From Camelus dromedarius (lineage: Eukaryota): DNA of 64,000 bases. Of the stretch, positions 1 to 14,290 are shown piece after piece. The notes below the pieces were generated by a model. The model had not been told where the DNA came from and ran no database searches. It was given only the letters and a program-made list of their open reading frames with translations. The translations under genes and the position numbers were made by a program. Location of the stretch: assembly GCF_036321535.1 (NCBI RefSeq), contig NC_087436.1, positions 43,464,001 to 43,528,000 on the forward strand, read 5' to 3'. Each line of letters begins with the position of its first letter. Position 1 is the stretch's first letter.

Positions 1-3000
1 CATACTACCATTAAACCATCAAGATCTCTGACATCCCACCATTCCCTTTTAAGCTACAGTTTTTCCAAGATCTCTGATGAATTTCCATCATCTGGGGGAG
101 TTGACAAGACTACACCACAAGGCTGCAGGATGTTTCCAAACTACTCATTTAAAATTTGCCCCACTGTGTTGTTTTTTAACATCTGATAATCTGAGACTTA
201 TTTTATGAAATTATAATAAGCATGTACAGTACAATGCTGCCGAGCCTTTCAGACACACCAGGGCTTATTTTTATCCCCAGAATCAATTAGCTACAATAAA
301 TATAAAACACCATCACAAATAGAAGGAAATTTGGTACATAAACATTATTGCTAAGAGGAATCAATGAATCAGTAAGACCACATGTTTTATCATATGTTTG
401 TGTCTACAGTCTTCATTTTCATCAGTATTATAATATAACATCCTATTAAAATTATTTTTGAGTTTCTATTATACTATTAAGTAAGAATTTTTAACTTGGG
501 GAACTGATAACCTCTTTGTGTCTCACTTTTCTTATTAAAATATGGTAACTAGATCTCTAGGGTTACCTCTAGTCGTGGTGTTGGTTTTTATCTGCTTTAA
601 GAAAAATACAACTTGGAGATATAGCTACACATAAATTAAAGTAGCATTTGTCCACACAAAGTTGAGCAGAATCATTCCTATGGGACCTGGCTCACCTAGA
701 AAATCTGTCTCCTCCCATCTGACTGTTTTAAGACTAAGCTCTTTTTCTCTCCCATCAGAATTTTTTTACCATTTGGGTTACCCTGCAAAAGCTTATGTGT
801 TGGCCTCTGGTCAAGAGCTATGAGTAAAATAAAGGCTCTAACTTCCTTCTACTAGCTCATCTACCTGTCCTCATGCACACATCAGGGCTAATATTACCTT
901 TCCCATTTTCCCTAACAAGGTTTCTGTTAGGTTCCAGAAATGTAAGTTAGGTGAAAAAAGATTATAGATATGAGGCATTGTGTGTATTTTATTTGTTATT
1001 ATTTAACAACAACAACAACAAAAGCTAAAATACATCCCAAGTTTAAGCAGTCATTGTATCACCATTTTCATTCCTAAATCTGGGGGCTGGGGGTGACTAT
1101 ATTTGATTGGTCTGTAGCAAATTGTTTCCTCCCTCATTGAGAGTATTTGCTGGATTCTTTCTCAGCTCAGTCCTTCTTTCCACTGATTTCCTAGACCCTT
1201 GCTTCTACATCTCAGAACCTACCTGAGTAGGGCCTGAAGTAAAACATGAATCACTTACGTAAGAAGTGGATCACCCACTCAAGGTACTTCAGCCATCACC
1301 CTGTAAGCAATAATCCCTACAGGGTCACCAGAATAACAGGTACAAAGATCTGTTAAAGACTTCGATTCCCACAACAATGGGAAGAGAACAAAGGGTTTTC
1401 TCTGTTTTGTTTAATGTTGCATCCCAGTTGCTGGAATAGTAAATGCTCAATAAATATCTAATGAAACAAATTAACCTGCTTCAAGTATGCTTCCTTAACA
1501 ACTTCTATAAGATTTCTTTTTTGCACATAGCAGCCACATATGTATAGCTGTTATTACCCTGCAGTAGAAACCACTGATTTCTTTTCACTTGGGCACTGAG
1601 GAAAGGCTAGAGCATGAACTATATCCTAATTTGGACTCCATTCCTCCTTTGTCATGCTAGTGACTCTGGTGTCTGAGTCACCTCCCCTGCTTCTATATTC
1701 TATGCTGTTGCACATAAATGCTGTCACTTCCTGGAATCTGAAATGATATGTAGGAAATTCTCTATTTTTGACCAGAAGGTATCCCTGGAAAAAAATGTTA
1801 CAAAGTTTAGTGTCTGAAAGTTAGACATCAGACCTGCATGTTAGAGTTGTTCACTCAGAAATCAAACATGAAAAATAATAATTCCTGAGTCAAATTTCTT
1901 TCTGGTACTGCCTTTTCCAGGGCCAAGTAATCCTGTTGGTGGGTAACAATTTTCACAGTTATCTGGTAATTACTGACCTAGGAGCCAGTTGATTATGTCC
2001 ATGTCCTGCCATATTTAATCAGGCATTCCTTGCCCCAAGAGACGCCACCTTCTAACAAAGGCAGGTCAGAAAGCCATTCAATCTGTACCTGGTTAGTACC
2101 TGATGCAAAGGATAATCTGAGATTTATTTTGTGAAACTATAATGAGCTCTATACCTGAGTATACTTACCTCCTGTCCTACCAACCAGGAGAGGTGAGCAG
2201 AGAGGGCACTGCTACATTCTTACAGCCCAGCACTGCCCACAGCACTGGGGGAGAGAGAGTTTGAGCCAGAAAAGTGGATATCTGCCCTGTAATGCCAATT
2301 AAGCATAAACAAGATGGGAAGATGGGACTGCAGACCCATGCAATATCTTGAAATCATTAGGTAGCTGATATGTGAAAAACTGAATTAGATATCTGCAGTG
2401 TGTGCTGATGTCTATCTAATGTGCCAAAATGCAAGTTAAGTGAAATTTGAGCAGGAAAGTGGAACATGGCACAGTCCTATTGCCTGCAAGCACTCCGTGT
2501 TTACTCTAAACAGTTATGCCTACTTTATCACCCGTAATACTATTACTCCAGCAATTTTTTCCTATTTGATACTTCACAAATCCAAGATACTGGAATGCTT
2601 AACAGTGAAATGCCTTAAAAGCAAACACTCTGTTACTGCCTTCTGTAAAAATGTCACCAACAAAGATATCTGTTGCAGTCACACAATATATAGGGCATCT
2701 TAGATGTGCTGAAGATTTTCCAAACCAAATGTTGATAGGAAGATTCTTCCCCAGAGTCAAAAGCCATTTCTTCTATGCACATGTTTCGTCTCCCACTCTC
2801 AGCAGTTCCCTGGCTGGAATAACTTATGAGAAAACCTTCTGCTGGCTACCTTTCTGGGTTTTTTACAGTTTGCTGGTTTTATACTCATGTAGGTTAACAA
2901 AACACAGGCCTTCATATAAAACTAGCATTGTAAGCACTTCAAATGCTGTAAGCTTATACTTTTTATAAATGAAGTTTCTACTATGTTTTAAATATTAAGA

Positions 3001-3514
3001 TGCATTTGAATGGTAATATACAGACATGACTTACTCAGCTAGAAAAAGTTAGCTATTTATATATAGGAGCTATACATTTCTCTAAATGTATAGCACAACT
3101 CAATTACAAACAGAAACTAGAGAGCTAAACTGAACTTACTGGGATCTTAACCTTGATTCTGTTAACTTAGACCAGAGTATATTTCTTTAATCAGAGCCCA
3201 GGGTTTCTGAATCTTCAGTTCTAAATCCTGCCTCCCAAGGGGAACTGTGGAGCCTAATCAGAATGTCTACCAGATAACTCGAGTAATAGTAATGAGACTA
3301 CAAGTAGACTTTTATAATACTTTAGCAGTACACGGATGTCCTCTGAAACTAGCAGCATCAAAGGAGCTAACGTTAACCCAAGCAAATCCCTGTGGAACAG
3401 CAAATGTCCTCACAAATCTCCAGGTGAGAACCACTTTACAAATATGGAGAACAAAGGCTATGCTCAGTAAAAGCTTGGAAGGAGGTCTTTTTCTGTCAAA
3501 ACCATAGCTACCAT

Positions 3515-3749
3515 GGAAAGGAGGTAGGAAGGGATAAACTGGGGTTTTGAGATTTACAAATGTTAGCCACTATATAGAAAAATAGATTTTAAAAAGTTTC
3601 TGCACAGGGAACTATGTTCAGTATCTTGTAATAACCTTTAATGAAAAAGAATATGAAAATGAATATATGTATGTATACGAATGACTGGGACATTGTGCTG
3701 CACACCAGAAATTGACACATTGTAACTGATGGTACTTCAATCAAAAAAA
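3515..3749 (+). mobile_element. 5'-truncated LINE-1 3' UTR fragment (artiodactyl/camelid type)
   Basis: Contains 'gcacagggaactatgttcagtatcttgtaataacctttaatgaaaaagaatatgaaaatgaatatatgtatg...ccagaaattgacacattgtaactg' and an A-rich tail. Nearly the same sequence recurs at 57.2 kb and 63.05 kb. Confidence 0.85.
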
Positions 3750-4454
3750 CCACAACACACCTGCTGAAGGACAGCACACCACTATGAGAGAGCCTTCCCT
3801 AGAAGACATTTTGCTCTCACTGCCTATTTTTCACCCTTAGAAAAATGGCTGGAGAGAAGTGGGGAAGAAAACAGACTTGTGTTAGCATTCTTAGTCTATT
3901 GGCACAGGTGGGTATTGTGGGGTAGTCTCAAAACCTATGAGAATGAAACATGACAAGTTTGCAGACACACTCAAGTGATTAATAGCTGGAAATATATCTC
4001 AATTGGAGTGTCTGAGGCATAAAGCAGTATTTCAAAAGTGGATATTTTGAGGGAGGCCTTCAGATGATTTAGTAGACAAATTAGAAATTGAAATTTTCTA
4101 TCTTAATAACAGCAGATATAGGAATACAGTCCAGTTTCAAATGACATCACCAATATTTTAAATACCAGTTACACAGAAGTTTAATTGCTGAATCTAGATG
4201 GTGGATCTATGAATGCTTACAGTACAATTATTCTGTATATACGAACTTTTTCATATTAAAATGTTGAACATGGTGAAGGGGAAATCAAGCTACAGAAAAA
4301 GAGTTAGTTCACTGAACTTAGTTTATCAGGGACTACATGTGGCTCCAATAGTAACATAATTGAGCAGCTCAAATCCAAAGACGGTCTGAATATTCTCCCC
4401 AGGTTAAGGTGCATGACCTCACTCCTGACTGCTAGGATAAACTTTGATAATAGT

Positions 4455-4893
4455 CAGCGACATTTCCGACCACATGGATGGACCTTGAGGGCATTATGCT
4501 AAGTGAAATAAGCCAGATTGAGAAAGACAAACACTGCATGGTGTCAGTTACATGTGGAAGCTGAAAAGAGTCAAACTCATAGGAACAAAGAGTAGAAAAC
4601 TGATTTCCAGGGGCTAGGGGGTTAGGGAAAATATGGAGAGGTTGTTTCATCTATAAAATGAATACGGTCTGAGGAACTAATGCAACACTGTATTGTATAA
4701 TTGAAATTTGCTAAGAGGGTAGAACTTAAATGTTCTCACCAAAACAAAAACAAAAACAAAATTAAGGATAAAAATGGAAGGTGATGGATATGTTAATTAA
4801 GTAGATGGGGAGGAGAAATCCTTTCACAATGTATACATGTGCAAGTCACTATTTGAGTTATACCTCAATAAAGCTGAAATTTAAAAAAAAAAT
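4455..4893 (+). mobile_element. Older LINE-1 (L1MA-like) 3' end
   Basis: Has the ORF2-end motif 'acatggatggaccttgagggcattatgctaagtgaaataagccag', a typical 3' UTR, and ends 'aataaagctg...aaaaaaaaaa'. Confidence 0.85.
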
Positions 4894-5016
4894 TAGTGAC
4901 TCACTGGAATTTGATGAATTTCTGGGGCTCTACACATCAGTCATTTTTATTTTCTACATAGGAAGCCAGAGGCCTAGAAATAAAGACCTGGGCTCTGAAT
5001 TATAGTTCTTGTATAT

Positions 5017-5128
5017 AAATTTCTTGCATCAACTCCATTTTACTTTACAAGAACATGGTAATAATTATTTGCTTTTTAAAATCAGTAAGTTTCATTTGTG
5101 GAGAATAATTCTCTATTTATGTGACCTG
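5017..5128 (+). repeat. Copy 1 of a 112-bp dispersed direct repeat
   Basis: 108/112 identical to 6492-6603 by manual alignment. Confidence 0.95.
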
Positions 5129-6491
5129 ACCCCATCACTTCACACTCATCTTGATCCTCTCCCCACACATCAGAAAAATCAAGATGCTATTTTCAACTTT
5201 ACACAGTTGAACACATTGCAGGAGAACTTTGGTTATGATTCCATATTGAATGAGCCTCTGCCCAGGCAAAGAACTGTCTAGAACTTTTAAAACTGCCTTT
5301 AGGCAGTAGGACATCAAATTATCATCACTATTTTTTTCGAGAATACTAAAAATATAGACACATTCTTTTAAGCATATGCTGTTTTTATTAACTTCCGTAT
5401 ATCTACAGAAAAATATTTGGGTTGTTGAATAATGACCCTGAGGTTCTGAAAATTCCCAAAGTGTCTACTGAATCGTGTAAGGACAATGAAAGGGGAGAAA
5501 GGGAAAGACAGTTGTTCACTCGCCTAGAACTCAGTTCCATCTCTTCCATTTTATCCATTAAAATATAGAGAAAGAGGAAAAGAAAGAGCAGGAGATAAAT
5601 TTATAAAGGGAGTTCAATTTTTTTAGCCCACATTTTGCACAATGATGTTACAAGTCTGTGCACTTCAGATAAATAGAGACTTAATGCACGCAAATGCTAA
5701 GAAAACAATCATTTTGTCACCATCTGAACAATTATTTTACAATATGTACATATGTATAAGAAATAAGAAAGAATCTAATATGTTGAATAAAATAAAATAG
5801 ACAATGATGTGAGGAAATAAACCCATTATATTTAGAAATGCATATTCTTTTAAAATTCAGCATGACAGTTTTTCTTCAAGATAATAAAGAGAATTTTGAC
5901 TTGAAAGATGGCTAAAAATACTGCTTAAAGTTAATGAGAGAAATGAAAATGATGACTATTATTAGTCTTGTTGGGGTGGCTGAAACGCTGTGTGGGTCTG
6001 GTGCACTGGTTGCCATGGTGTGTATTGTTAACATTCTTCAAATACAGGATAAATCAGTTCTGCAATCAATAACAAAGATTGAAAGAATGAATTCCACTGC
6101 ACAGACTGCAAAACAGCTTTTTCATCTCTGCTTTTTTCCTTCAGCTACCAGGAAGAGCCACAAAATGTACACTAACTGATGGAACTTTCTAGAACTGTTT
6201 AACCAAAAGGCGTAAACAGTGCATTCTTGGTGGTGTAGTTTCAAATATGGCCAGCTTTTCCATCATTTTTCCCCTATTGCAGGACACAGCTTCCAAAAGG
6301 AATTCTTTGGTCATGGGTGAGTCACAGGTCACATCCACAGTGCCCTCTGTCTTCTATGAACCCTCAAAGGCCCTTTTTAGGTCTGGCACCCATGTTATCT
6401 TCAACTTTTCCCCTAGGACAGAGGCACTAGAAATTCCTCCTTTACCGAAGATGTTTTATCAAAAAACATTTTTTTCAAACAAAATGTTTTA

Positions 6492-6603
6492 AAATTTCTT
6501 GTATCAACTCCATTTTATTTTACAAGTATATGGTAATAATTATTTGCTTTTTAAAATCAGTAAGTTTCATTTGTGGAGAATAATTCTCTATTTATGTGAC
6601 CTG
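6492..6603 (+). repeat. Copy 2 of a 112-bp dispersed direct repeat
   Basis: 108/112 identical to 5017-5128. Confidence 0.95.
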
Positions 6604-7053
6604 GTAGATTTTCAGAATTTGCCAAATTCATGTTATTCATACAAATAAGATTATTCTGCCTTTCTGATCATTTTATATTGATAGTTCTATATAGGATAGT
6701 AATATGACCTTTCAGTGTCTGTCAAAGATAATGACCATATTTCAAAATTCAATGCTGGAGATCACTTACCTCTAACTACAAACGTTTTCCCATCAATTTT
6801 ATATTTCTTCTTCTATCTCTCAATGACCATATCTCCTACATGCTCTTCTTCCTCTATCTTTCCCTTTAAAATAGACATTTCTTGAAGTTTTTCCCTTTGA
6901 TAAATTTTCTTCTCTATAATCTTTTCCTCAATGACCTCATCCTTTACTATGGCTTCAGAAATGTCCTCTCTGAAGATGCCAACCTCAATAAAAAAAAATG
7001 ACTGTTTCCAGTTTTTCCCTTCAACATCCCTCCTTACAAATATACATGTGTTT

Positions 7054-7563
7054 CAAAAAGACCTCAAATGGCCAAAACAATTTAAAGAAAGAAGAAAAGA
7101 GTTGAAGGAATCATGGTCCCTGACTTCAAACTATATTACAAAGTTACAATAATCAACACAACATGCTACAAAAACAGACATATGGATCAATGGAACAGTA
7201 TAGAGAGCCCAGAAGTAAACCCACACACCTATGGTCAATTAACCTATGACAAAGGAGGTAAAAATATACCATGGAGAAAAGACAATCTCTTCAATAAGTG
7301 GTGCTGGGAAAACTGGAAAGCTACAAGTAAAAGAATGAAATTAGAATGTTTTCTCACACCATATACAAAAATAAACTCAAAATGTAATAAAGACCAAAAT
7401 GTAAGACCAGAAACCATAAAACTCTTGAAGAAAACATAGGTGGTACACTCTTTGACATAAATAGTAGCAACATTTTTTGGATCTGTCTCCTAAAGCAAAG
7501 GAAATAAAAGCAAAAATAAACAAATAGGACCTAATTAAACTTAAAAGTTTCTGCATGGCAAAA
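7054..7563 (+). mobile_element. LINE-1 ORF2 internal fragment (decayed)
   Basis: ORF 7113-7439 translates to recognisable L1 ORF2p: PDFKLYYK...[49 protein letters not shown]...[10 protein letters not shown]. It is flanked by stops and frameshifts. Confidence 0.93.
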
Positions 7564-8569
7564 TTTTACTGTTATCATGGGGAAGAATATTGTCTAAGTG
7601 AGACTCATCTTCGTGTCAAAGACCCAAGAGAGAAGTAGACCACACACAAAAATCAAAATGAGCCCCAGCCAGGCAGGAGACATGGACTGGCCTGTCTATC
7701 TTGGTAAAAAATCTAAAGAAGAAAATATGAGGATTGAGATCCTAATGATACCCTGATGATAAATATACTAGAATTGGGTTCCTGGATGGTGGGTTTGGGA
7801 ATGGACATTGCATGGAGGAAGTCTGGGGACCATGGAGGAATAAAAGTGCCTATAGCAGGCCCCAGCTAAAAAGAAGCTGAAAATATTTTGTAAGCCAAAT
7901 TGTCTATGTCATGCTTCGTGTTTTTTAAAAAGTATTTTCCATTTCAAAGTCTCTTAAATGTTCAGCATTCTATAGCGTCCTCTCAGTGATTGACAGTGAA
8001 TACTACTAATATTCACTGTAAAAAAAAAATGAAGTAGAATAAAACAAGATTTTGTAATTTTCAGAAAATGATATCTTTGTTTATTTCCAGCATTTCCAAG
8101 CTCTTTTAACCATAGACCTTTTTCTTTCCCCACAGACCAACAATCTTTCTTTCACAGAACACATTGAAAAGAGCTGAGTTCGGCACATCTTTGTTTGGAT
8201 TTTTAAACCTTATCCCAGCTGTTCTCTGGAGTCAAAGTGAAAGTCCCACTGCTTTTACAGACATCATACCAGCAGAGACAATTGTTAAAAGGCAGAGAAA
8301 CCCTTTCATAACCTCCCTTCCAGGAAGATGCTTCTTACGATTGTGAAATTAATAAAGTTAGAATCACACAATCCGATCTTCTCCCAACCTTGGAATTTGA
8401 AGATTTGCTTTTAAGAAAGAGGCAGTACTTCACAATCCCAAATTCCTACCTCTAGTCCAAACTCTCTTTTGCCCTTCAATTTTGCAGTACCTCTTTTGTT
8501 TTCCACTAAAGTCATTATTCTCTCAGTATTTCTTCCTTAGGTCTGTTAGCAAAAGGATTAACTGCTGGA

Positions 8570-9195
8570 CTCTTAAACGCAAACGATCAAAAGCAGAATT
8601 TGCTACCTTCTCCCCAGCTGCTTCCTCTTTCTGATTTTATCATTCCCGTTAATAGAACTATTGTTCTATTAGTCCTTTTGACCCAAAAGTTTAGTTGGTC
8701 ATTCTTTCCTCTATTTCTCATCCAATAAGGTATTGAATCCTTTGGATTTCACTTCTGCAATGTCTTTTGAATTTATCCCTTCTTTTTCATTCCACGCTAT
8801 CACTTTAATCCAGCTCTTTCCATATAAACTCTTCTGATATTCCTCTTCACTGTTCTCAATCTGCCTCCCACTTCCCCTTCTCCATTCTCTACATTTCTAC
8901 TGATTAGTTTTCACGAAGGCATCTCTGACATTTCTGTACATAAATCTTCGATATCTTGCCATTGCCTACCAAGTCAAATGCAAACTGACATTCTGCCTAA
9001 GATATGTACTCCACAATTTCATATCCAAGTTGCTTTTCCTGCCTTAGTGCTCATTCTTCCCTTACGCACATCCCAGTGAAGTCTTAAGTATGTACCATAC
9101 TTGAGTACATCCCTCCCATTTTTATCTGAAATGTCCTTCCTCCACTCTTCTCCCATATCTTCTTCCAGATCCATCTCAAATATTTACACTTTCAG
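8570..9195 (+). mobile_element. Ancient LINE-2 fragment
   Basis: Pyrimidine-rich degenerate sequence with L2 3'-region-like motifs (e.g. 'tctgaaatgtccttcctccac', 'ccatctcaaatattt'). Boundaries approximate. Confidence 0.5.
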
Positions 9196-9204
9196 TCTGA
9201 GGCA

Positions 9205-9420
9205 TACTGTAGTAAAATGGTGAGCCCAGGTATGTACGAGCTTGGTAAAAGCAGGCAGATCTTGACTCACACTCAACTCTGACTCTTATTAACTATATGC
9301 TTTCTCTAATCCTTAGTGTCCTCATGTGTAAAAATGGGGTTAAAAATCTTACAACATAGATTTTCATAAAGATTAAGTGAAATACATACACACATACATT
9401 TCTGGCACATAATCAGTGAA
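9205..9420 (+). mobile_element. MIR SINE
   Basis: Core 'ccttagtgtcctcatgtgtaaaaatgggg...aagattaagtgaaat...tctggcacataatcag'. Confidence 0.65.
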
Positions 9421-9999
9421 AAATTTCCCAATTTCTTCTATTCTGAAATAACTCTTTTAATTAAAAAATCTCACAATTAAAAAAAGTCCCTTTATATTTA
9501 TCTTTAATAACATAAATTCTGCTTTATTGTGCTCAGTAATTCCTACCATGGCTTCCACACAACCCTAAGCATCGCAAAGAGGAAGGACAGCGCTACCTGT
9601 TAGCATACACTAGATCACTTAACATGATACTGATTAGAGCACTCAGCACATACATGTTTTAATTAATTGAAGTGGTGGGGCTAGTTTGCAATACTCTTCT
9701 CATAGGCAGAACTAAGTGTCATTTCTTCATTTACCATTCATAGCAATCAAGTGTTGCACTATTATTATTTCCATTGTAAAAATGTGGACGTCTGGTCCCT
9801 GAGAGGCTAAGTAACTTAAGGTCCCATGGCTAATGATCAGCAGAGTCTCAATTTGAGCCCATATGGAGCCTAACCGCATTCTATCGTCTCATTTGTATAA
9901 AAGGTCAAAGGATTAGGTAAACTTTATACTTGTTGAAGCATTTTCAAATTGCTAAAACAGCCCCAGAAGTATTAAATTACTGGGAAATGTTTTAAAATT

Positions 10000-10457
10000 A
10001 ATGGAAACAACCCAAATTTCCATTAATGGGTAAATGGGTCAACAAAATGTGGTATATACATACAATGGGATATCATTCAGACTTAAAAAGGAAGGAAATT
10101 CTGACACACACCACAACATGGATAAACCTTGAAGACACTATAAGTGAAATATGCCAGTCACAAAATGACAACTATCTTATGACCCCACTTACATGAAGTA
10201 CCTAGAGAAGTACCTCTATGAATCAAATTCATAGAGATACAAAGTGGTTGCTGGAGGCTGAGAAAAGGGAGGAAAGAGGAGTTATTGTTTAATGGATATG
10301 GAGTTTCAGTTTGGGAAGATGCAAAAATTCTAGAGAGCAATAGTGGTGATGTTCGCATAGCAATGTGAATGTACTTAATGCCTGTGAACTGTACATTTAA
10401 AAATGCTTAAAATGGTAACTTTTATGTTATGTATATCTTACCACAATTTTTAAAAAG
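10000..10457 (+). mobile_element. LINE-1 (L1MB-like) 3' end
   Basis: Runs from 'tggaaacaacccaaat...aacaaaatgtggtatatacatacaatgg...acatggataaaccttgaagac' to the L1MB terminus 'aaaatggtaacttttatgttatgtatatcttaccacaattttt'. Confidence 0.88.
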
Positions 10458-13400
10458 TGGAACAAAATTACATTAAAAACTCAGAGTAAAAGGAATTTTT
10501 AAATGAAAGTAACAAAAAACAAACTTTAAAAAAAGACTAATAATTACTTTCTCATGAGAATCTTAGGGAAAAAAAATCAGTGAATGTATGTTTATTAAGT
10601 GCTTAAAGATATTAGAAAAATAATCACATTTAAATGAAATTCAGAAAAGACATTACAATCAATGTTTCAAACTCACTTTTCAAATTTCTTTATATTTTAA
10701 AATCAATATAAAACTATTCTTGAAATTGAATTCCACAAAATACTTCCTAACAAGTTTGTACTTGTTGAAAAAGAAGAGTGTACTTGGCTATTATTTATTT
10801 CAACAATATTCTTTAAGGGAGAAAGGTAATTATTCCTAACAAATAACTTAAAAGTAATGTTATCCTTATTGAACAATCAATTTGACATCATCAACTTATT
10901 TCTTTAAAGACTACAATAAAGATGAAAGAAAGGCTTATGAATACAGTCTAATTCCTACTATTTGCCCCCACTTTCATAAAAATCTAATTTTTAAAATAAA
11001 TTTGACCCAGTATAAACTATTCTTTTAGAAGGGTAAACCTTTTCTTTTTTTTTTAAGAAAAGAAAACCAAGTGAAAGGATAGAACACAAATTCCTTCTTT
11101 CTAGTCTTCCAAATTAAATCTAACTCAACACGGACTTGCAAAAGCTTACATTGACAAACCCCAGTACTAGATGTGAGGGATACAAAGATGACTAAGACCC
11201 TTGCTCCCTGCTCTCAAGGAACTGAGCCCATGAGAGACATAAACATGCACTTAAATGCAACACCATGTTGTGGGTAGAGATTCAAAGAGGTAGACTTAAT
11301 AAAAGAGGTGGACTCAGAATATAGTATGAGCACAAACAAGTAGTCAACTCTAAGCTGATGATTCTGAAGCTCTCTTAAAGGAAAAAAAGAAAAGAAAATT
11401 ACAAGTCTCTCCAGTTTGGAATGGAGGTCTTTAGAGAAAAAAAAAGCAAATATCAGCATTAATATCACCTTACATTTCTAATATCACTTTAAGTTCCATT
11501 GTAAAATTTATTAAGGGATTTCTCACACACTGTTGTATATAAATAACCTGCAGAGGCCTCTGTGATTATTCCCATATTGCAGATGAAGAAGGTGTCTCTC
11601 AGAAAAGCAGCCAGCTCAGAATTACGCGGCTAGTAAATTCCAGGGCTATTTATAAAAAAACACTTTTCATTCCTGAACTGCTTCCTCACTGAGCTTCACA
11701 CCAGTACACTTACAAAAGGAAGGCATAGAGAATTTGTGGATTGCAGAAACAAGTCTGCAAGAAATGAAATGAAGAAATGTCAGAAGCATGTGTCAGCATA
11801 TCATTTTCAAATTGAGAAACATCAATTAAATGTAAGATGGGAACCACTTAGGCATCTGAGGCTTTCTGCATAATGAAAAAACTAAAGATTAACACCAGAT
11901 GCAGATTGGTCATATCCAGCTGTACCCATAGATGGTACCCATTTATCACTTTTAGAGAATTCTCTAAAAAGTAGTCAGTGCTGTAATCTTATGGTTGTTA
12001 ATTTAAATGAAATATCTGATTATCACAATATAAAGGAACCACCTTGAACCATGCTTCCTTATTATTGTCAACGTAAAGGAAGGCATTTGTGTGGGGGGAA
12101 AAAGGGAGTGGAGAATGGTAAAGGGAGTTTATTTGCTCCCAATTCTGCTATATATTGTTTATAGAAGGAATGAAAATTAGAGTGGTTGATGATGTTGGCT
12201 TTCAACTCATAGGTCATATTAGATAAAACTGTCAGCCCTTACTTTTATTTCCTCCCATTTTATTAAACTCATTTTTTCTGTATTATGGAATACATCAAAC
12301 AATGAAAAATCATTTAAAGTTGTGTACATTCTCCAAAATGTTTTTTTAGGGTCCAATAAGTTTTTTTTTTTCCTTTCAAGTTTATATTTACTTCAGCTAT
12401 ACTTGGTAGTCTGAAAACTATAAACACATCATTTTATTTGAAGGAGCAATGGCAACTTCAAATTCACTCTAGTAAGAAAAAAATTATAAAAAATAATCAT
12501 CATGAACTTAGGAAAATTACGATTCCTGCTAAGTGATCATAAACATCAATGGAATATACTCATCTTGTACAGGCAGCTAAATGGAAGCCCCTGAGCAGTA
12601 CATTCCTTTACAGAAAGACAATGTTAGATAAATAACCTCATCTAACTTAGATTTTTCTTGGGGTTGGAGTGGGGGGAACTTTCTGGGTTTGAAGTGAAGA
12701 AAAGCAATGTGATATATGAAGAGTACTCAATAGGGAATGAGTAACATTAGTTTCTAATCGAGGTTTACTTCTAACTAAATGTTTTACTCTATTATCTTGA
12801 CTATAGTTAAGCCATCTGAAAATGAAAATTTTGAACCAAATAAACTGAAAGTTCCTTCCTATGTTATTTCCTCTTTTCTTTTGAGAACACTGCTTCTCCA
12901 CTTTCGAATAGGAATGGACCATACCTATGCTCACTTCTTTTCTTCTTTTTTCTACTTTTGCCAAAGCAAGACTGGAGCAAAATTGGAGAGAAGAAACAGA
13001 GAAGACATTTCTATGGAGAATGTGAGTTCTTTATAGAAAACTAACCAAGGAAATGAAACTAGACCAATTTGCTGATCTCTGTAAATTTCACTGTCCTCAT
13101 CTATAAAGTGAAATAACAAAATTACCCCAAGGATTAATGAGATAATCCATATGTAGTCCCTGCTGAATAGAACCTGCTGCATAGACAGCACTTAATAAAT
13201 TCCAGCCTTCATTGCTATTGTTTATTCATGGTGGGGAGATAGACGGAGGAACAGGACTAGGCCAGGATCATCTATGTCCTCTTTCCTTCCTTTCATTTTA
13301 TTTGCCCTCTTTTCACAAACATTTACAATTTCATTTCACTCTGTGTGATGATCTATATAAAATATCAGGCAGTATCTTAATTTAGTAACAAGAGAAAGTA

Positions 13401-14084
13401 GGCCGTTTAGATTAGTATTTTCTGTTGTTCATTTGATTCCTCTGGTTCTTTATATTGGACACAGGAAATTAGCAGGGTCCCCTTTGAGCGAAAAATGTTT
13501 TCTTGCTAAATCTACATTGCTTTCCAATTTAGGCCCTTGTCATTATGTTCCCACAAATGACACAATTTAACAGTGCATGGGTGGGTTCTCTAGAGACTGA
13601 CAAGGTTCATGAAAATATGCATAAGAGAGGTATGTCATTTCCCCCAGCACTACGCACTGCACTCAATTTAGAAAGACAAACTCAGCAGATGGGTCTACTG
13701 GCCTCTTTCCAATACGTGATTTGAATTACTTTTCAAAGACATCACAAATCAAAAGCTGACTGATGTTGCAAACAATTTTTATGTCTCAGAGAATCAAGCG
13801 ACAAGGTCAGTACGAGGCATTGCTTTAATCATTATACCTTTTAATGACTTGCTTTTTCAAGTCTGGTAGCTGGTGATATGAGTAGTGGGAGGCCTTCCTA
13901 AGATTATAATGAATCTGTTATCTACTCAGTCAGATGGACAGTGACTGACCCCTAACGACAGCACAGTGGCCAGTAAGGAATAAGTTTCTCATTTTAATCC
14001 AGTCCCCTAATGGAGAACCACCTACATCACACAACCCATCACTCAAAGTGTGACAATTTATCCTGAAGGAACAATGGCCAGAAG

Positions 14085-14290
14085 TGGTCCTGCATCTACA
14101 TTAGTTAATATCAGTCAGCATCCTAAATGATGGCACAAGGAGCATGCTTATTAAGTCTGCATAGGAAGCCAGGTTGGAAGGAAGGCAGTGATTAGCATCT
14201 GAGAAAATACTAATCAGCTCTCTGTGACCATGTATAATTGGATCCTTCTCAAAAGCAACACATCAAAACTCAGCAAGGAGAGTACAAACA
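14085..14290 (+). mobile_element. Possible L3/CR1 reverse-transcriptase remnant
   Basis: 'atgatggcacaaggagcatgcttattaagtctgcataggaagccaggttggaagg' resembles the CR1/L3 'KFADDTKLGG'-coding region. Highly decayed. Confidence 0.45.

Noticed and set aside
7113..7439. 108-aa ORF as a host gene
   Set aside because: It is a fragment of L1 ORF2p; the same applies to ORFs 29538-29759, 47266-47490 and 54017-54361, which lie within L1 sequence.
7993..8019. 10-bp inverted repeat acagtgaata/tattcactgt (and a 9-bp one at about 8650-8671)
   Set aside because: Stems this short are expected by chance in 64 kb of AT-rich DNA.
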